From positions 672,001 through 736,000 of the forward strand of contig CAWFFN010000009.1 of assembly GCA_963815115.1 (NCBI GenBank): DNA of 64,000 bases. Direction: 5' to 3'. Each line of letters starts with the position of its first letter. Position 1 is the first letter of the stretch. This stretch comes from an uncultured delta proteobacterium. Its GTDB lineage: Bacteria > Desulfobacterota > Binatia > DP-6. This document shows positions 20,808-30,148 of the stretch, one piece after another. A program made the position numbers and the translations under genes. The notes under the pieces are model-generated. The model ran no database searches. It was not told the origin of the DNA and saw only the letters and a list, made by a program, of their open reading frames with translations.

Positions 20808-20882
20808 GCCCCCGGTGTCCGTACGCCAAAGCCGGGAACGACCGCAACCGGGACCGGCCGGCTCCGGTCCCGGTCCGAGCGG

Positions 20883-21437
20883 TCAGGCCGGCAGGCGGCG
20901 GCGCGCGGTGCGGCGACGCGAGGACTTGAGCGTGAAGCGTGCGGAGCAGCCATCGGCGGCGTCGCCGAGATCCTGCCGGCGAATCGCGATGCGCTCCCCG
21001 AAATGGGCGACGCAGCCCTGGATCATGCCCTCGGCGAGGTCGGCCAGCGGACGTCGCGAGTGGTACACCAGCTCGAGGCGGTCCGCCGCCGGCGCGCTGA
21101 CCTCGAAGCGCGGGAACTCCGCGTCGGGGTAGAGCTTCTGCACCTCGCCGTGCACGTAGGTCTCGATGCCCCGGAGCAGGTCGAGCGCGGACTCGACGCC
21201 GTCCAGGAACACCGGGTAGAGGGTCGCGAAGGTCCGGAACAGATGGGCCCCGAAGCGGCGCAGGAGGTCCGGCATCGCAACGCTCGCCGCATCGCTCGTG
21301 CGCGCGACGAGCGCGAAGAGCTCGTCATCGGGATAGCCCAGGACGGGGCTGTAAGAGCGGGTCTCCAGCCCGTCGGCAGCGCTGCCGAGCTCGCGCTGAG
21401 CGAACTCGACGAAAGCGGCGAGGATGACGCCCTTCAT
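20883..21437 (-). CDS. H-NOX (heme NO/O2-binding) domain protein
   Basis: MKGVI start, YPDDELFALV, FG..LF, proximal His in YVHGEVQKLYPDAEFP, YxSxR heme motif (YHSRR). Confidence 0.88.
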   Translation of the reverse strand: MKGVILAAFVEFAQRELGSAADGLETRSYSPVLGYPDDELFALVARTSDAASVAMPDLLRRFGAHLFRTFATLYPVFLDGVESALDLLRGIETYVHGEVQKLYPDAEFPRFEVSAPAADRLELVYHSRRPLADLAEGMIQGCVAHFGERIAIRRQDLGDAADGCSARFTLKSSRRRTARRRLPA

Positions 21438-21505
21438 GCGTGAGTCCCTGTCACCTGACCGATGCCGGCTCCGCCGTCAAACCGAAGCCCATCCCTGCAT
21501 CAGGG

Positions 21506-21532
21506 GCGTTCCAACGACCTGGAACATTGTTC
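21506..21532 (-). promoter_or_regulatory. GAAC-N3-GTTC-N10-GAACGC motif, copy 1 (upstream of H-NOX)
   Basis: Minus strand GAAC AAT GTTC CAGGTCGTTG GAAC GC. Confidence 0.55.
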
Positions 21533-21560
21533 GATCACGCCCGATGCCGCGCTTAGGCCG

Positions 21561-21929
21561 TCAGCCGCCCTTCTCTCGCATGGACACCTCGTCCCACAGG
21601 AGCACGAGATGCCCGTCCGGGTCGTGCAGCTCGGCGCCGTAGCCCCAGAAGCGCTTTGCCGGCGGAGACACGAACGCGACGCCCGCTGCCGCCAGCCTGC
21701 GGTGCAGGTCCTCGACGTCCGCCACCTGGAAGGTGAGGACGACCCCGTCGGCGGCGACGTCGCCAGCGATCTCATCGAGGAAGATGGTGAAGCCCGCGTC
21801 GTCCTGCAGGGCAGCCGTCCGCCGCCCGGGCACCTCGAACTCCAGCGTCATCCCGAGACGACCGATGTACCACCGGCGCGCCGCGTCGAGGTCGCGGACG
21901 CGGATCGTCAGATGATCGAGCTTCACCAT
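21561..21929 (-). CDS. VOC/glyoxalase family protein
   Basis: LDHLTIRVRDLDAARRWY...FWGYGAELHDPDGH. Confidence 0.88.
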   Translation of the reverse strand: MVKLDHLTIRVRDLDAARRWYIGRLGMTLEFEVPGRRTAALQDDAGFTIFLDEIAGDVAADGVVLTFQVADVEDLHRRLAAAGVAFVSPPAKRFWGYGAELHDPDGHLVLLWDEVSMREKGG

Positions 21930-22025
21930 CCACGCAGCTCCTCTGGGTGTGTCCCGAAGTCGCCTCGGCGCCGGCGCGGCAGCCTAGCACGGGTCGCGGG
22001 GTCTCCTGTAGAGTCCGGACGCCGT

Positions 22026-22919
22026 ATGGCCCAGCCCGTGATCATCGAGGTTGCGCTCAACGGAGCCACCTCCAAGCAGCAGAACCCGCGCGTCCCGCGC
22101 TCGCCGGCCGAGATCGCGGAGGACGGCCGGCGCTGCCTCGCTGCCGGCGCGGCCATCGTGCACACCCACATCGACGAGTTCGCCAGCGATCCGGCGCGCG
22201 CCGCGGATCGCTACGAGGCGGGATGGCGGCCGATCCTCGAGACGCATCGAAACGCGCTCCTCTACCCGACGATCGGCTTCGGCGACACCTTCGCCGAGCG
22301 GTACGCCCACCACGAGCTGCTCGCCGATCGTAGGCTGCTGCGCATCGGTCTCCTCGATCCCGGATCGGTCAACCTCGGCGCCGCCGGCGACGACGGACTC
22401 CCCGGCCCGGTCGAGTTCACCTACGTCAACACCTATGCCGACGTCCGGCACGCCGTCGAGGTCTGCGCGCGCCGTCGGCTCGGTCCCAGCATCTCGATCT
22501 TCGAGCCGGGATTCCTGCGTACGACGCTGGTCTACCATCGCGCCGGCCGGCTGCCTCCCGGCGCCCTCGTCAAGCTCTACTTCGGCGGCGAGTCGAGCTA
22601 CCTCGGCGGAAAAGGCGGCGTGACCTTCGGCCTGCCGCCCACGCGGCCGAGCCTGGAAGCGTACCTCGCGATGCTCGAGGGATGCGACCTGCCGTGGGCG
22701 GTCGCGGTTCTCGGCGGCGACGTCGTCGCGTGCGGTCTGGCACGTCTCGCGCTCGAGCGCGGCGGGCACCTGCGCGTCGGTCTCGAGGACCACGCCGGTG
22801 CGCGCCGTCCCGGCAACGAGGAGCTGGTCCGCGAAGCGGCCGAGCTGGCGGCGGCGGTCGGGCGCCCGGTGGCGACCTGCGACGCCGCGGCGCAGATGCT
22901 CGGGCTTCCCGATCGCTGA
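22026..22919 (+). CDS. Beta-keto acid cleavage enzyme (BKACE/DUF849 family)
   Basis: IIEVALNG, NPRVPRSPAEIA, AGAAIVHTH, GGHLRVGLED, NEELV. Confidence 0.9.
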   Translation: MAQPVIIEVALNGATSKQQNPRVPRSPAEIAEDGRRCLAAGAAIVHTHIDEFASDPARAADRYEAGWRPILETHRNALLYPTIGFGDTFAERYAHHELLADRRLLRIGLLDPGSVNLGAAGDDGLPGPVEFTYVNTYADVRHAVEVCARRRLGPSISIFEPGFLRTTLVYHRAGRLPPGALVKLYFGGESSYLGGKGGVTFGLPPTRPSLEAYLAMLEGCDLPWAVAVLGGDVVACGLARLALERGGHLRVGLEDHAGARRPGNEELVREAAELAAAVGRPVATCDAAAQMLGLPDR

Positions 22920-22966
22920 GCCTGCGGCGGTCGACCGTCGGCCCCGGTTGGGGGTAGAGAGACGGC

Positions 22967-23782
22967 ATGAATTCGCTCCAGGCTCACCTCGACCGCATTG
23001 CCAGCGATGGCTACACGATCCTCGAGCGCGTGATCGAGCCCGAGCTGATCGCGGCGCTGTCGCAGGATCTCCTCCGCCTCGAGGAGGAGCTCGAGGCGCG
23101 GCCGGCGGCCAACCGCTTCGAGGGCACGCGGACGGTCCGCGTCTACAACCTGCTCGTGCACGGCAAGCTCTACGAGCAGATCCCCGTGCACCCGGCCGTG
23201 CTGCCGGTCGTCGAGGGCGTGCTCGATCCCGGCTGCCTGGTGTCTTCCCTGTCGTCGATCAGCATCGACCCCGAGGAGCGCGCGCAGCCGATCCACGCCG
23301 ACGATCAGCTCCTGCCGCTGCCGAAGCCGCACGTCGCGACCGTGTGCAACACGATGTGGGCCCTCACCGACTTCACCGAGGCGAACGGCGCCACGCGTGT
23401 CATCCCGGGGTCGCACCTCCGTGACCACTCCCCGGTGTTCGGGACGCACTACGACAGCGTCCCCGCCGAGATGTCGCGCGGCAGCGTGCTCGTGTGGCAC
23501 GGCAGCCTGTGGCACGGCGGGGGCGCGAACCGGACGGGTCAGCGCCGGGTGGGCATCGCGATGAACTACTGCGCGGGCTGGATCCGGCAGCAGGAGAACC
23601 AGCAGCTCGGCATCGCGCGCGAGATCGCGCGCGGCTTCTCGCCGCGGCTGCGCGGGCTGGTGGGCTACGGCGTCTACAATGGCCTGGTCGGCCACATCGA
23701 CAAGCGCAGTCCGACGTTCCTGCTCGACGAGGGCGCGAACGGTGACGGGATGATCTGGGACCAGGACGTCGGTGGGGGGTGA
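22967..23782 (+). CDS. Phytanoyl-CoA dioxygenase family Fe(II)/2-oxoglutarate oxygenase
   Basis: QPIHADD (HxD), ALTDFTEANGATRVIPGSH, LWHGGGAN, RQQEN. Confidence 0.9.
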   Translation: MNSLQAHLDRIASDGYTILERVIEPELIAALSQDLLRLEEELEARPAANRFEGTRTVRVYNLLVHGKLYEQIPVHPAVLPVVEGVLDPGCLVSSLSSISIDPEERAQPIHADDQLLPLPKPHVATVCNTMWALTDFTEANGATRVIPGSHLRDHSPVFGTHYDSVPAEMSRGSVLVWHGSLWHGGGANRTGQRRVGIAMNYCAGWIRQQENQQLGIAREIARGFSPRLRGLVGYGVYNGLVGHIDKRSPTFLLDEGANGDGMIWDQDVGGG

Positions 23783-24986
23783 GGTCGTGGCGTCCTTCGA
23801 CTTCGATCCCTTCGACGAAGCCGTGCGCCGGGACCCGTACGCGGTGTACGCGCGCGGGCGGCGCGAGCATCCGGTCTTCGCGCATCCGACCTTCCCCGTG
23901 GTGTCGCTCTTCCGCTACCAGGAAACGCAGGCGCTGCTGCGCGACCCGTCGCAGTGGTCGAGCTTCTTCCCGCTGCCGCCCGGCATGGAGCGCCCCGAGG
24001 ACATGCCGCCCAGCATGCTCGGGGTCGATCCGCCCGAGCACACGCGGCTCCGCGGTCTGGTGAGCCAGGCGTTCACCCCGCGCATGATCCGCCGCCTCGA
24101 GCCGCGGCTTCATGCCATCGCCCACGAGCTGCTCGACACGGCGCTCGCCGAGCGCACCGTCGATCTCGTCGCCGCGCTCACCCACCCGCTGCCGGTGATC
24201 GTCATCGCCGAGATGCTCGGCATTCCCGCCCGGGAGCGCGCGCAGTTCAAGGTCTGGTCCGACGCGCTGGTGAAGAACCTCGGGGTAGGCCTCCTCACGG
24301 CGCCGACGATCGAGCGCCTGGACGAGCAGCGCACGGTCATCCGGGAGATGCGTGCCTACTTCCTGACGCTCGTGGAGGAGCGCCGGCGGGAGCCCCGCGA
24401 AGATCTGCTGAGTGGCCTCGTCGCGGCCGAGTCGGAGGGCTCGAGGTTGTCGTTCGACGAGATGATCCAGACGCTCATCCTGCTGCTCGTGGCGGGGAAC
24501 GAGACCACGACCAACCTGATCGGCAACGCCGTGCTCGAGCTGCTGGCGCATCCGGCGGCCCTGGACGACCTGCGCGCCGATCCGTCGTTGCTTCCCGACG
24601 CCATCGAGGAGGTGCTGCGGTTCTCGTCGCCGGTCCAGATGGATCCCCGCCGAGCGGTGCGCGCGACGGAGATCCAGGGCGTGCCGGTGGCCGAGGATCA
24701 GTTCGTCATCTCCTGGATCGGCTCCGCGAACCGTGACGAGGAGGTGTTCGAGCGCCCGGACGTCTTCGACATCCGCCGCAAGAACAACCGCCATCTCGCC
24801 TTCGGCTTCGGGCCGCACTACTGTCTGGGGGCGAGCCTGGCGAGCCTCGAGGCCCAGGTCGCCGTCGGCGCGCTGCTGGAGCGCACCCGGAGCTTCCGGC
24901 GTGCGGACGACGCGCCGCTGCCGCTGCACCCGAGCTTCGTCTTCCGGGGCGTCCGCGCGCTGCCTCTGGTGGTGCAGCCGGGGTGA
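23772..24986 (+). CDS. Cytochrome P450
   Basis: DPPEHTRLR, AGNETT, EEVLR, FGFGPHYCLG heme ligand. Confidence 0.96.
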   Translation: MGGEVVASFDFDPFDEAVRRDPYAVYARGRREHPVFAHPTFPVVSLFRYQETQALLRDPSQWSSFFPLPPGMERPEDMPPSMLGVDPPEHTRLRGLVSQAFTPRMIRRLEPRLHAIAHELLDTALAERTVDLVAALTHPLPVIVIAEMLGIPARERAQFKVWSDALVKNLGVGLLTAPTIERLDEQRTVIREMRAYFLTLVEERRREPREDLLSGLVAAESEGSRLSFDEMIQTLILLLVAGNETTTNLIGNAVLELLAHPAALDDLRADPSLLPDAIEEVLRFSSPVQMDPRRAVRATEIQGVPVAEDQFVISWIGSANRDEEVFERPDVFDIRRKNNRHLAFGFGPHYCLGASLASLEAQVAVGALLERTRSFRRADDAPLPLHPSFVFRGVRALPLVVQPG

Positions 24987-25558
24987 AGCTCGAGTCCGAA
25001 GCGAGCTCCGGCGCGCCCGCCATCACAGCCGCTTCGCGGCCGGTCGAGACGCACGCCCGGCCGCGCCTGGCAGCGCTGGTGCTGGGAGCGCTCGGGGTCG
25101 TCCTACGGCGACATCGGGACGTCGCCCTTGTATGCGGTGAAGGAGTGCTTCAGGAGCGGCTACGGCCTGGTGCCCACGCAACAGAACGTCCTCGGTATCC
25201 TCTCGCTCGTCTTCTGGGCGCTGCTGCTCGTCATCGTGGTCAAGTACCTCACGTTCATCATGCGGGCCGACAACCGGGGCGAGGGCGGCATCCTCGCGCT
25301 TCTCGCCTTGCTGCGTCCGACCGGCCGCGCTTCGGTGCTGGTCACCCTCGGCGTCTTCGGCGCCGCTCTCCTCTACGGCGACGGCGTGATCACGCCGGCG
25401 ATCTCCGTGCTCAGCGCGGTGGAGGGCCTGGAGTTCGGTGCGCCGTCGCTCGGTCCGTGGGTGGTGCCGCTGACCGTCGTCATTCTCTCCGGCCTGTTTC
25501 TCGTCCAGCGGCGCGGGACCGCCCGCGTGGGCGCCGTGTTCGGGCCGATCACGCTGGG
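24983..25558 (+). pseudogene. kup: Truncated, frameshifted KUP/HAK/KT potassium transporter
   Basis: LGALGVV / [16 protein letters not shown] split by an extra C near 25103; [43 protein letters not shown], then an abrupt end. Confidence 0.85.
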
Positions 25559-26481
25559 TCGAGAGCGTCGAGGGCGAGGGGTCGACATTCCACTTCACGA
25601 TCGTGGCGCGAGCCGCGCCCGCCCCGGTGTCGGTGCAGGTCCTCCGCAGCGGCGCGGTGTTGAGCGGAAAGCGCCTGCTCGGGGTGGACGACCACGCGGT
25701 GAATCGGCAGATACTGGAACGCATGACGACCATGTGGGGCATGGTCGCGACGACTTCGGCCTCGCCCCTTCAGGCGCTCGCCTGGCTCCGCGACGGTCGA
25801 GTCTTCGACGTCGCCGTCCTCGATCATCAGATGCCGGAGATGGACGGCGTCGCGCTGGCGCGCGAGATCCGCACGATGGCTGGAGCCCCCCGGCTTCCGC
25901 TCATCCTCCTCACGTCCGTGGCGCTCATCGGGAGCGAGGACATCGCGAAGGCCGACCTGTCCTGCGTCCTCTTGAAACCGGTGAAGCAGTCGAGCCTCTT
26001 CGACCGGCTTCACGCGCTCTTCGCCCCGCATGTTCGCACCGCGGGTGTGCCCGGCCCCGTTCCGGCAGATGCAGATCCGGTGCTCGCCGCCGGACTGCCC
26101 TTGAGGATCCTCATCGCCGAGGACAACGCCGTGAACCAGAAGGTCGCGCAGGCCATGCTCCGCAGGCTCGGCTACGCCGCGGATCTGGCCGCCGATGGAC
26201 TCGAGGTGCTCGCCGCCCTCGCGGTCCGGAGCTACGACGTGATCCTCATGGATGTGCAGATGCCTCAGCTCGACGGGCTCGAGGCGACGCGCGAGATCTG
26301 CCGGCGGTGGCCGGGCCGGCGTCCACGGATCATCGCCATGACGGCCAATGCGATGCAGGGCGACCGGGCGCTGTGCCTCGATGCGGGCATGGACGACTAC
26401 ATGGCCAAGCCGGTCCGGCGTGAGGATCTCGTGGCCGCACTGCAGCGTTGCCGCGCGCCGGTCCGCGACGACGTGCCGTAG
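25555..26481 (+). pseudogene. 3' remnant of a hybrid histidine kinase (HATPase tail + two receiver domains)
   Basis: In-frame [16 protein letters not shown] precedes REC1 (VDDH...DHQMPEMDG...KPVK) and REC2 (AEDN...MDVQMP...AMTANA...KPV). May still be expressed as a double-REC protein from GTG 25603. Confidence 0.8.
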
Positions 26482-26527
26482 GACGCGCCGGCGGCAGGCG
26501 ACCGGCACGAGAAGGGCCGTAGCCGGC

Positions 26528-29500
26528 TCACGGCAGGTCTGGGCAGGTGAGCGGTGCCGGTGTCTTCGCCTGCGCGATGAACCTGCCGGGGCGGTCGTTC
26601 CGGGTCGGATCGTCGCTGACCTTGGCCGGCGCGTCGGCGCAGTACCGCGTCCCCGTACCGAGATCCAGCCGGACGGCGACGCGACCCTGTGCCGGCTCGT
26701 CGAGCGTGTAGATCGCCGCTCCCCTGATCTTGACGGTGTCCGCCTTGATCGTGACGCTCTTGATCAGCTTGGTGAACGAATCGGAGTACTTGTAGCCCTT
26801 CGGGTTCGTCAGGGAGCCGAGGTACTTCCAGTTCTCCGGGAACAGCGAGAAGGTGAAGAGGTCGGTCGACAGCCCGGCCGAGTTGTAGACCCGCAGCACT
26901 GCACCGTTCAGGACGGGATCGCCCGCGCTCCCTCGACCCGGCGGGACGATGCGGTTGGTGGGCGGGTCGAGCTTGGTCGTCGACTTGAACGATATCTTCG
27001 GTTCGCCTTGCGGACTGCCGGACGGGCTCTTGAGCGAGAGCGTCCTGGTCTGGACCGTCACCGAGGCGGCGGGGAGCGTCGTCGTGGTGGTGGTGCCGCC
27101 CGGGGTCGTGGTGGTCGTGGTCGCGCCGCCCGGGATGCTCGCCGGATCTGCCGGATCGCTCCCGGCGTCGAGCTCGGTGCGGTCGAGGAAGCCGTCCTCG
27201 TCGCGATCGACGCCGATCCGTGTCCCGCTGCCTGGCGGTGCGCAGGTGTAGGTCAGCTCCTGGCCTGCGATGGCCGCGAACGCCCGCACCTGGGCATCCG
27301 TCAGCAGCGCCTCGCTGGCGCGGTCGCTGCGGAACTGGCCGGACGCGAGGCGGACGGCGCCGCGCTGCTCACCGGCGATCGTCCCCTTCACCACCACGTC
27401 GCACTCGCCGGCGGCGGCGCGCTGGATGAGGAGATCGATGCGAGGATCGACCGTGGCGGCGTTGGTGCTGGTGAGCGTCGTCTGCTGCCCCACGATCGGG
27501 GCCAGGTTGGTGTCGAACTGGAGCATGAACTGCTCGAGGTTCTGCGCGTCGGCGACCGTGGTGCTGAACACCTGGGCCTGGTGGAACCGGAAGGTCGTAT
27601 CGATGCTGCCGTCGTGCAGGAAGCCGAAGCCACGTACCTGGGGCCCCTTGTCGCCGTTGTCGCCGGCCCGCAGGAACTGGATCTGCGGCATGCCGAACAT
27701 GCCGACCTTCTGGTAGAGGTTGCGCAGGTGGGGGACCTTGAACATCTGCGTCTCCGCCTCGAAGGTGGTCTGGCCGTCGGACCCGAAGAAGCCGTTCGCC
27801 GGATCGAGCACGTGGCAGCCGTCACAGTCGGTGAATGCGTCGCTCGTCGGACCGAAGAAGAAGTTGCGCCCCGCGAGCGCCGCGCCCACGAGCTGGTTGT
27901 CGAGCGGGCGGTTCGGGTTGGGCGGGTAGGTCACCTGGAGGATGAAGTCGGTGAAGCGCTGCATGTCGGGGTCGCTGATCGGCCCGCTGCGGCCGAGCAG
28001 GCCCTCGAAGGCGACGATGAACTTCTTGAAGGCCTGGTCCTCCGCCAGCGGATCCCCGCCGGGATCGTTGCCGCCGGTGCGGTCGCCGCGCCAGTGCATC
28101 GGCCCGTGGTTCGCCATGCCGCGCAGGCTCTGCGTCGTCATCGGACCCTTCAGCGGATGGAAGTCCGGATTGGGGCCGAGGAGGCGGATGGGGTTCGGGT
28201 TGTTGAGGACGACCTCGTCGGGATTGCCGAGGTCCCAGGCGAGGCTGTCGAAGTCGCCGAAGATGTGGCACGACGCGCACGACGCCTCCCCGTTGCTCGA
28301 CGTCAGCACCGCGTCGTAGAGCACCGGCCGGCCGTTCTTCACGATCGCGGGCTCGGGGCTGTACACCGGCAGGTGCGCGATCTCGGCCGCCGTCGACGTG
28401 TTCACCACGCTGACGCCGTTGTCGAAGCGGGTGAAGGCGTAGAGCCGGCCGCGTGCCTCGTCGAGCACGAGCCCGCTCGGGCCGCCACCGCTCAGCGCGA
28501 TGTGGTTGGCCGCGGTCGGCGTGAAGGTGTCGGCCTCGAGCTGGGCGGTGTCGAACACGCCGAGCGCGCCCGAGCCGAAGGCGGCGACGTAGAGCGTCTG
28601 GCCGTTGCCCGTCACCACCATGCCGGTCGGGATCGCGAAGCTCTTCGCCTTCTCGCTCGCGGGGGTGGCGACGACGCCGTAGTCGAGGTGCTTGTTCAGG
28701 TGCCGGGGCAGCACGCTGCTGCCGTCGAGGACGGTGATGCGGGCCTCGTGCAGATGGCCGCGCACGGTGGTGCTGTCGAAGAAGGTGCCGGGGCCCTCGA
28801 AGCGGACCTCGTTGTGGGCGTCGGTGTTGGAGACGTACACCTTCCCGCTGAGGGGGTTGGTCACCATGTTGAACAGCACCGTGCCGACGTGCGCGAAGCT
28901 GGCGGTCTGGGCGGGCGTGCCGGCGTTGGCGTTGATGGCGAAGACGTCGAGGTCGGGCAGCGAGAAGCGGACGGCGTTGTTCCAGTTGCGGCCGAGCTCG
29001 TCCTGCCACTGCCCGGATGGAGGGGCCGCGGCGTTGAACTTGACGATCAGCCCGACCTCCGCCTGCGGGGTCCCCTGGAAGTTCGTGTTCGGCGCGGGCA
29101 GCCCTCCCGGCATGCTCGAGCCGCCGACCGTGCACGGCCCGGCGCCCGCACCGCCGTCGCACACCAGGCCTTCCGACAGCGCGGTGGTCTGGTTGCCGGA
29201 CTCGAACACGGCCGCGTAGACGGTGCCGCCACCCGGGGCGACGGCGAGGGCCCGCGGCGTGTCGCCGAACAGCTCGACCGTGGCGATGGGGGTGCCGGCG
29301 AGCGTGGCGCCGAGATTGGCGGCGTTGAACACCTGGACGAGCGCGCGCCCGATTCCCTCGCTGGTGGGGTTGGCGGGGACGGAGCAGTTCTGGCCGCGCC
29401 GGGCGGTGGTGATGAAGGCGCGGTTGCCGCCGGGCCCGGCGAAGACGATGTCGCGCGGCTCGTCGCAGACCAGCAGCGTGCGGGTGACGCGCGGGGGCGT

Positions 29501-29836
29501 CGCGCCGACGTCGACGATCGAGACGGAGTCCGAGAGATGGTTGACCACCCACACCTCGGAGTTGGAGCGGGCGGCGACGGCGACCGGCTCGAGGCCGACC
29601 GGGACCGAGCCGGTGTGGGTGAGGCCGGCGCCGGACACGGCGAATATCTCCAGGCGGTCGTCGGGCGTGTTGACGGCGAACAGCCGCGTGCCGTCGGGCG
29701 ACAGCGCGAGCGGCCGCACCTGGCCCGTCTCGAAGGTGGTGAATGCGCGGGCGGTGCCCGGCAGGCAGATCAGGATCGCGCAGGCTATGACACACGCGCC
29801 GGTGGCACCGGCAACGCGCAACGACCGTCGAACCAT
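26528..29836 (-). CDS. Secreted YncE/YVTN beta-propeller + di-heme cytochrome c (peroxidase-like) protein
   Basis: Signal peptide, propeller repeats (LALSPDG..LFAVN, VNHLSDSVSIVD), CASCH and CDGCH, FKVPHLRNLY, DRDEDG Ca-binding-like motif, Thr-rich linker, Lys-rich C-terminal domain. Confidence 0.8.
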   Translation of the reverse strand: MVRRSLRVAGATGACVIACAILICLPGTARAFTTFETGQVRPLALSPDGTRLFAVNTPDDRLEIFAVSGAGLTHTGSVPVGLEPVAVAARSNSEVWVVNHLSDSVSIVDVGATPPRVTRTLLVCDEPRDIVFAGPGGNRAFITTARRGQNCSVPANPTSEGIGRALVQVFNAANLGATLAGTPIATVELFGDTPRALAVAPGGGTVYAAVFESGNQTTALSEGLVCDGGAGAGPCTVGGSSMPGGLPAPNTNFQGTPQAEVGLIVKFNAAAPPSGQWQDELGRNWNNAVRFSLPDLDVFAINANAGTPAQTASFAHVGTVLFNMVTNPLSGKVYVSNTDAHNEVRFEGPGTFFDSTTVRGHLHEARITVLDGSSVLPRHLNKHLDYGVVATPASEKAKSFAIPTGMVVTGNGQTLYVAAFGSGALGVFDTAQLEADTFTPTAANHIALSGGGPSGLVLDEARGRLYAFTRFDNGVSVVNTSTAAEIAHLPVYSPEPAIVKNGRPVLYDAVLTSSNGEASCASCHIFGDFDSLAWDLGNPDEVVLNNPNPIRLLGPNPDFHPLKGPMTTQSLRGMANHGPMHWRGDRTGGNDPGGDPLAEDQAFKKFIVAFEGLLGRSGPISDPDMQRFTDFILQVTYPPNPNRPLDNQLVGAALAGRNFFFGPTSDAFTDCDGCHVLDPANGFFGSDGQTTFEAETQMFKVPHLRNLYQKVGMFGMPQIQFLRAGDNGDKGPQVRGFGFLHDGSIDTTFRFHQAQVFSTTVADAQNLEQFMLQFDTNLAPIVGQQTTLTSTNAATVDPRIDLLIQRAAAGECDVVVKGTIAGEQRGAVRLASGQFRSDRASEALLTDAQVRAFAAIAGQELTYTCAPPGSGTRIGVDRDEDGFLDRTELDAGSDPADPASIPGGATTTTTTPGGTTTTTTLPAASVTVQTRTLSLKSPSGSPQGEPKISFKSTTKLDPPTNRIVPPGRGSAGDPVLNGAVLRVYNSAGLSTDLFTFSLFPENWKYLGSLTNPKGYKYSDSFTKLIKSVTIKADTVKIRGAAIYTLDEPAQGRVAVRLDLGTGTRYCADAPAKVSDDPTRNDRPGRFIAQAKTPAPLTCPDLP

Positions 29837-30148
29837 GTGGTTCCCCCCTCGGTGGTTGTGGCTGGGGTGGGGCTACCACAGGATCGGGCAGGTCTGAAAA
29901 CCCTTTCCGCCGTCCCCGACGCGGCCGGCCGGCGCAGCCTGTCGCCCGCTCGTCGTCCGGCGTCTCCGGAATCAGGTCCACACCCTCGGTTCTGGCTTCG
30001 ACGGGGGCCTGGCCCATGGTCGGCCGGCGCTTGCGGTTCCGTTCCATGCACGCGAAGGTAGAGCGGGCGGCAGGCAGTGACGATGGAACGGACGTGAGGC
30101 TGCTGCAGCTGGGAGGTGGTCGCAAAGTGGGTCTCACGGGGTGCGACG

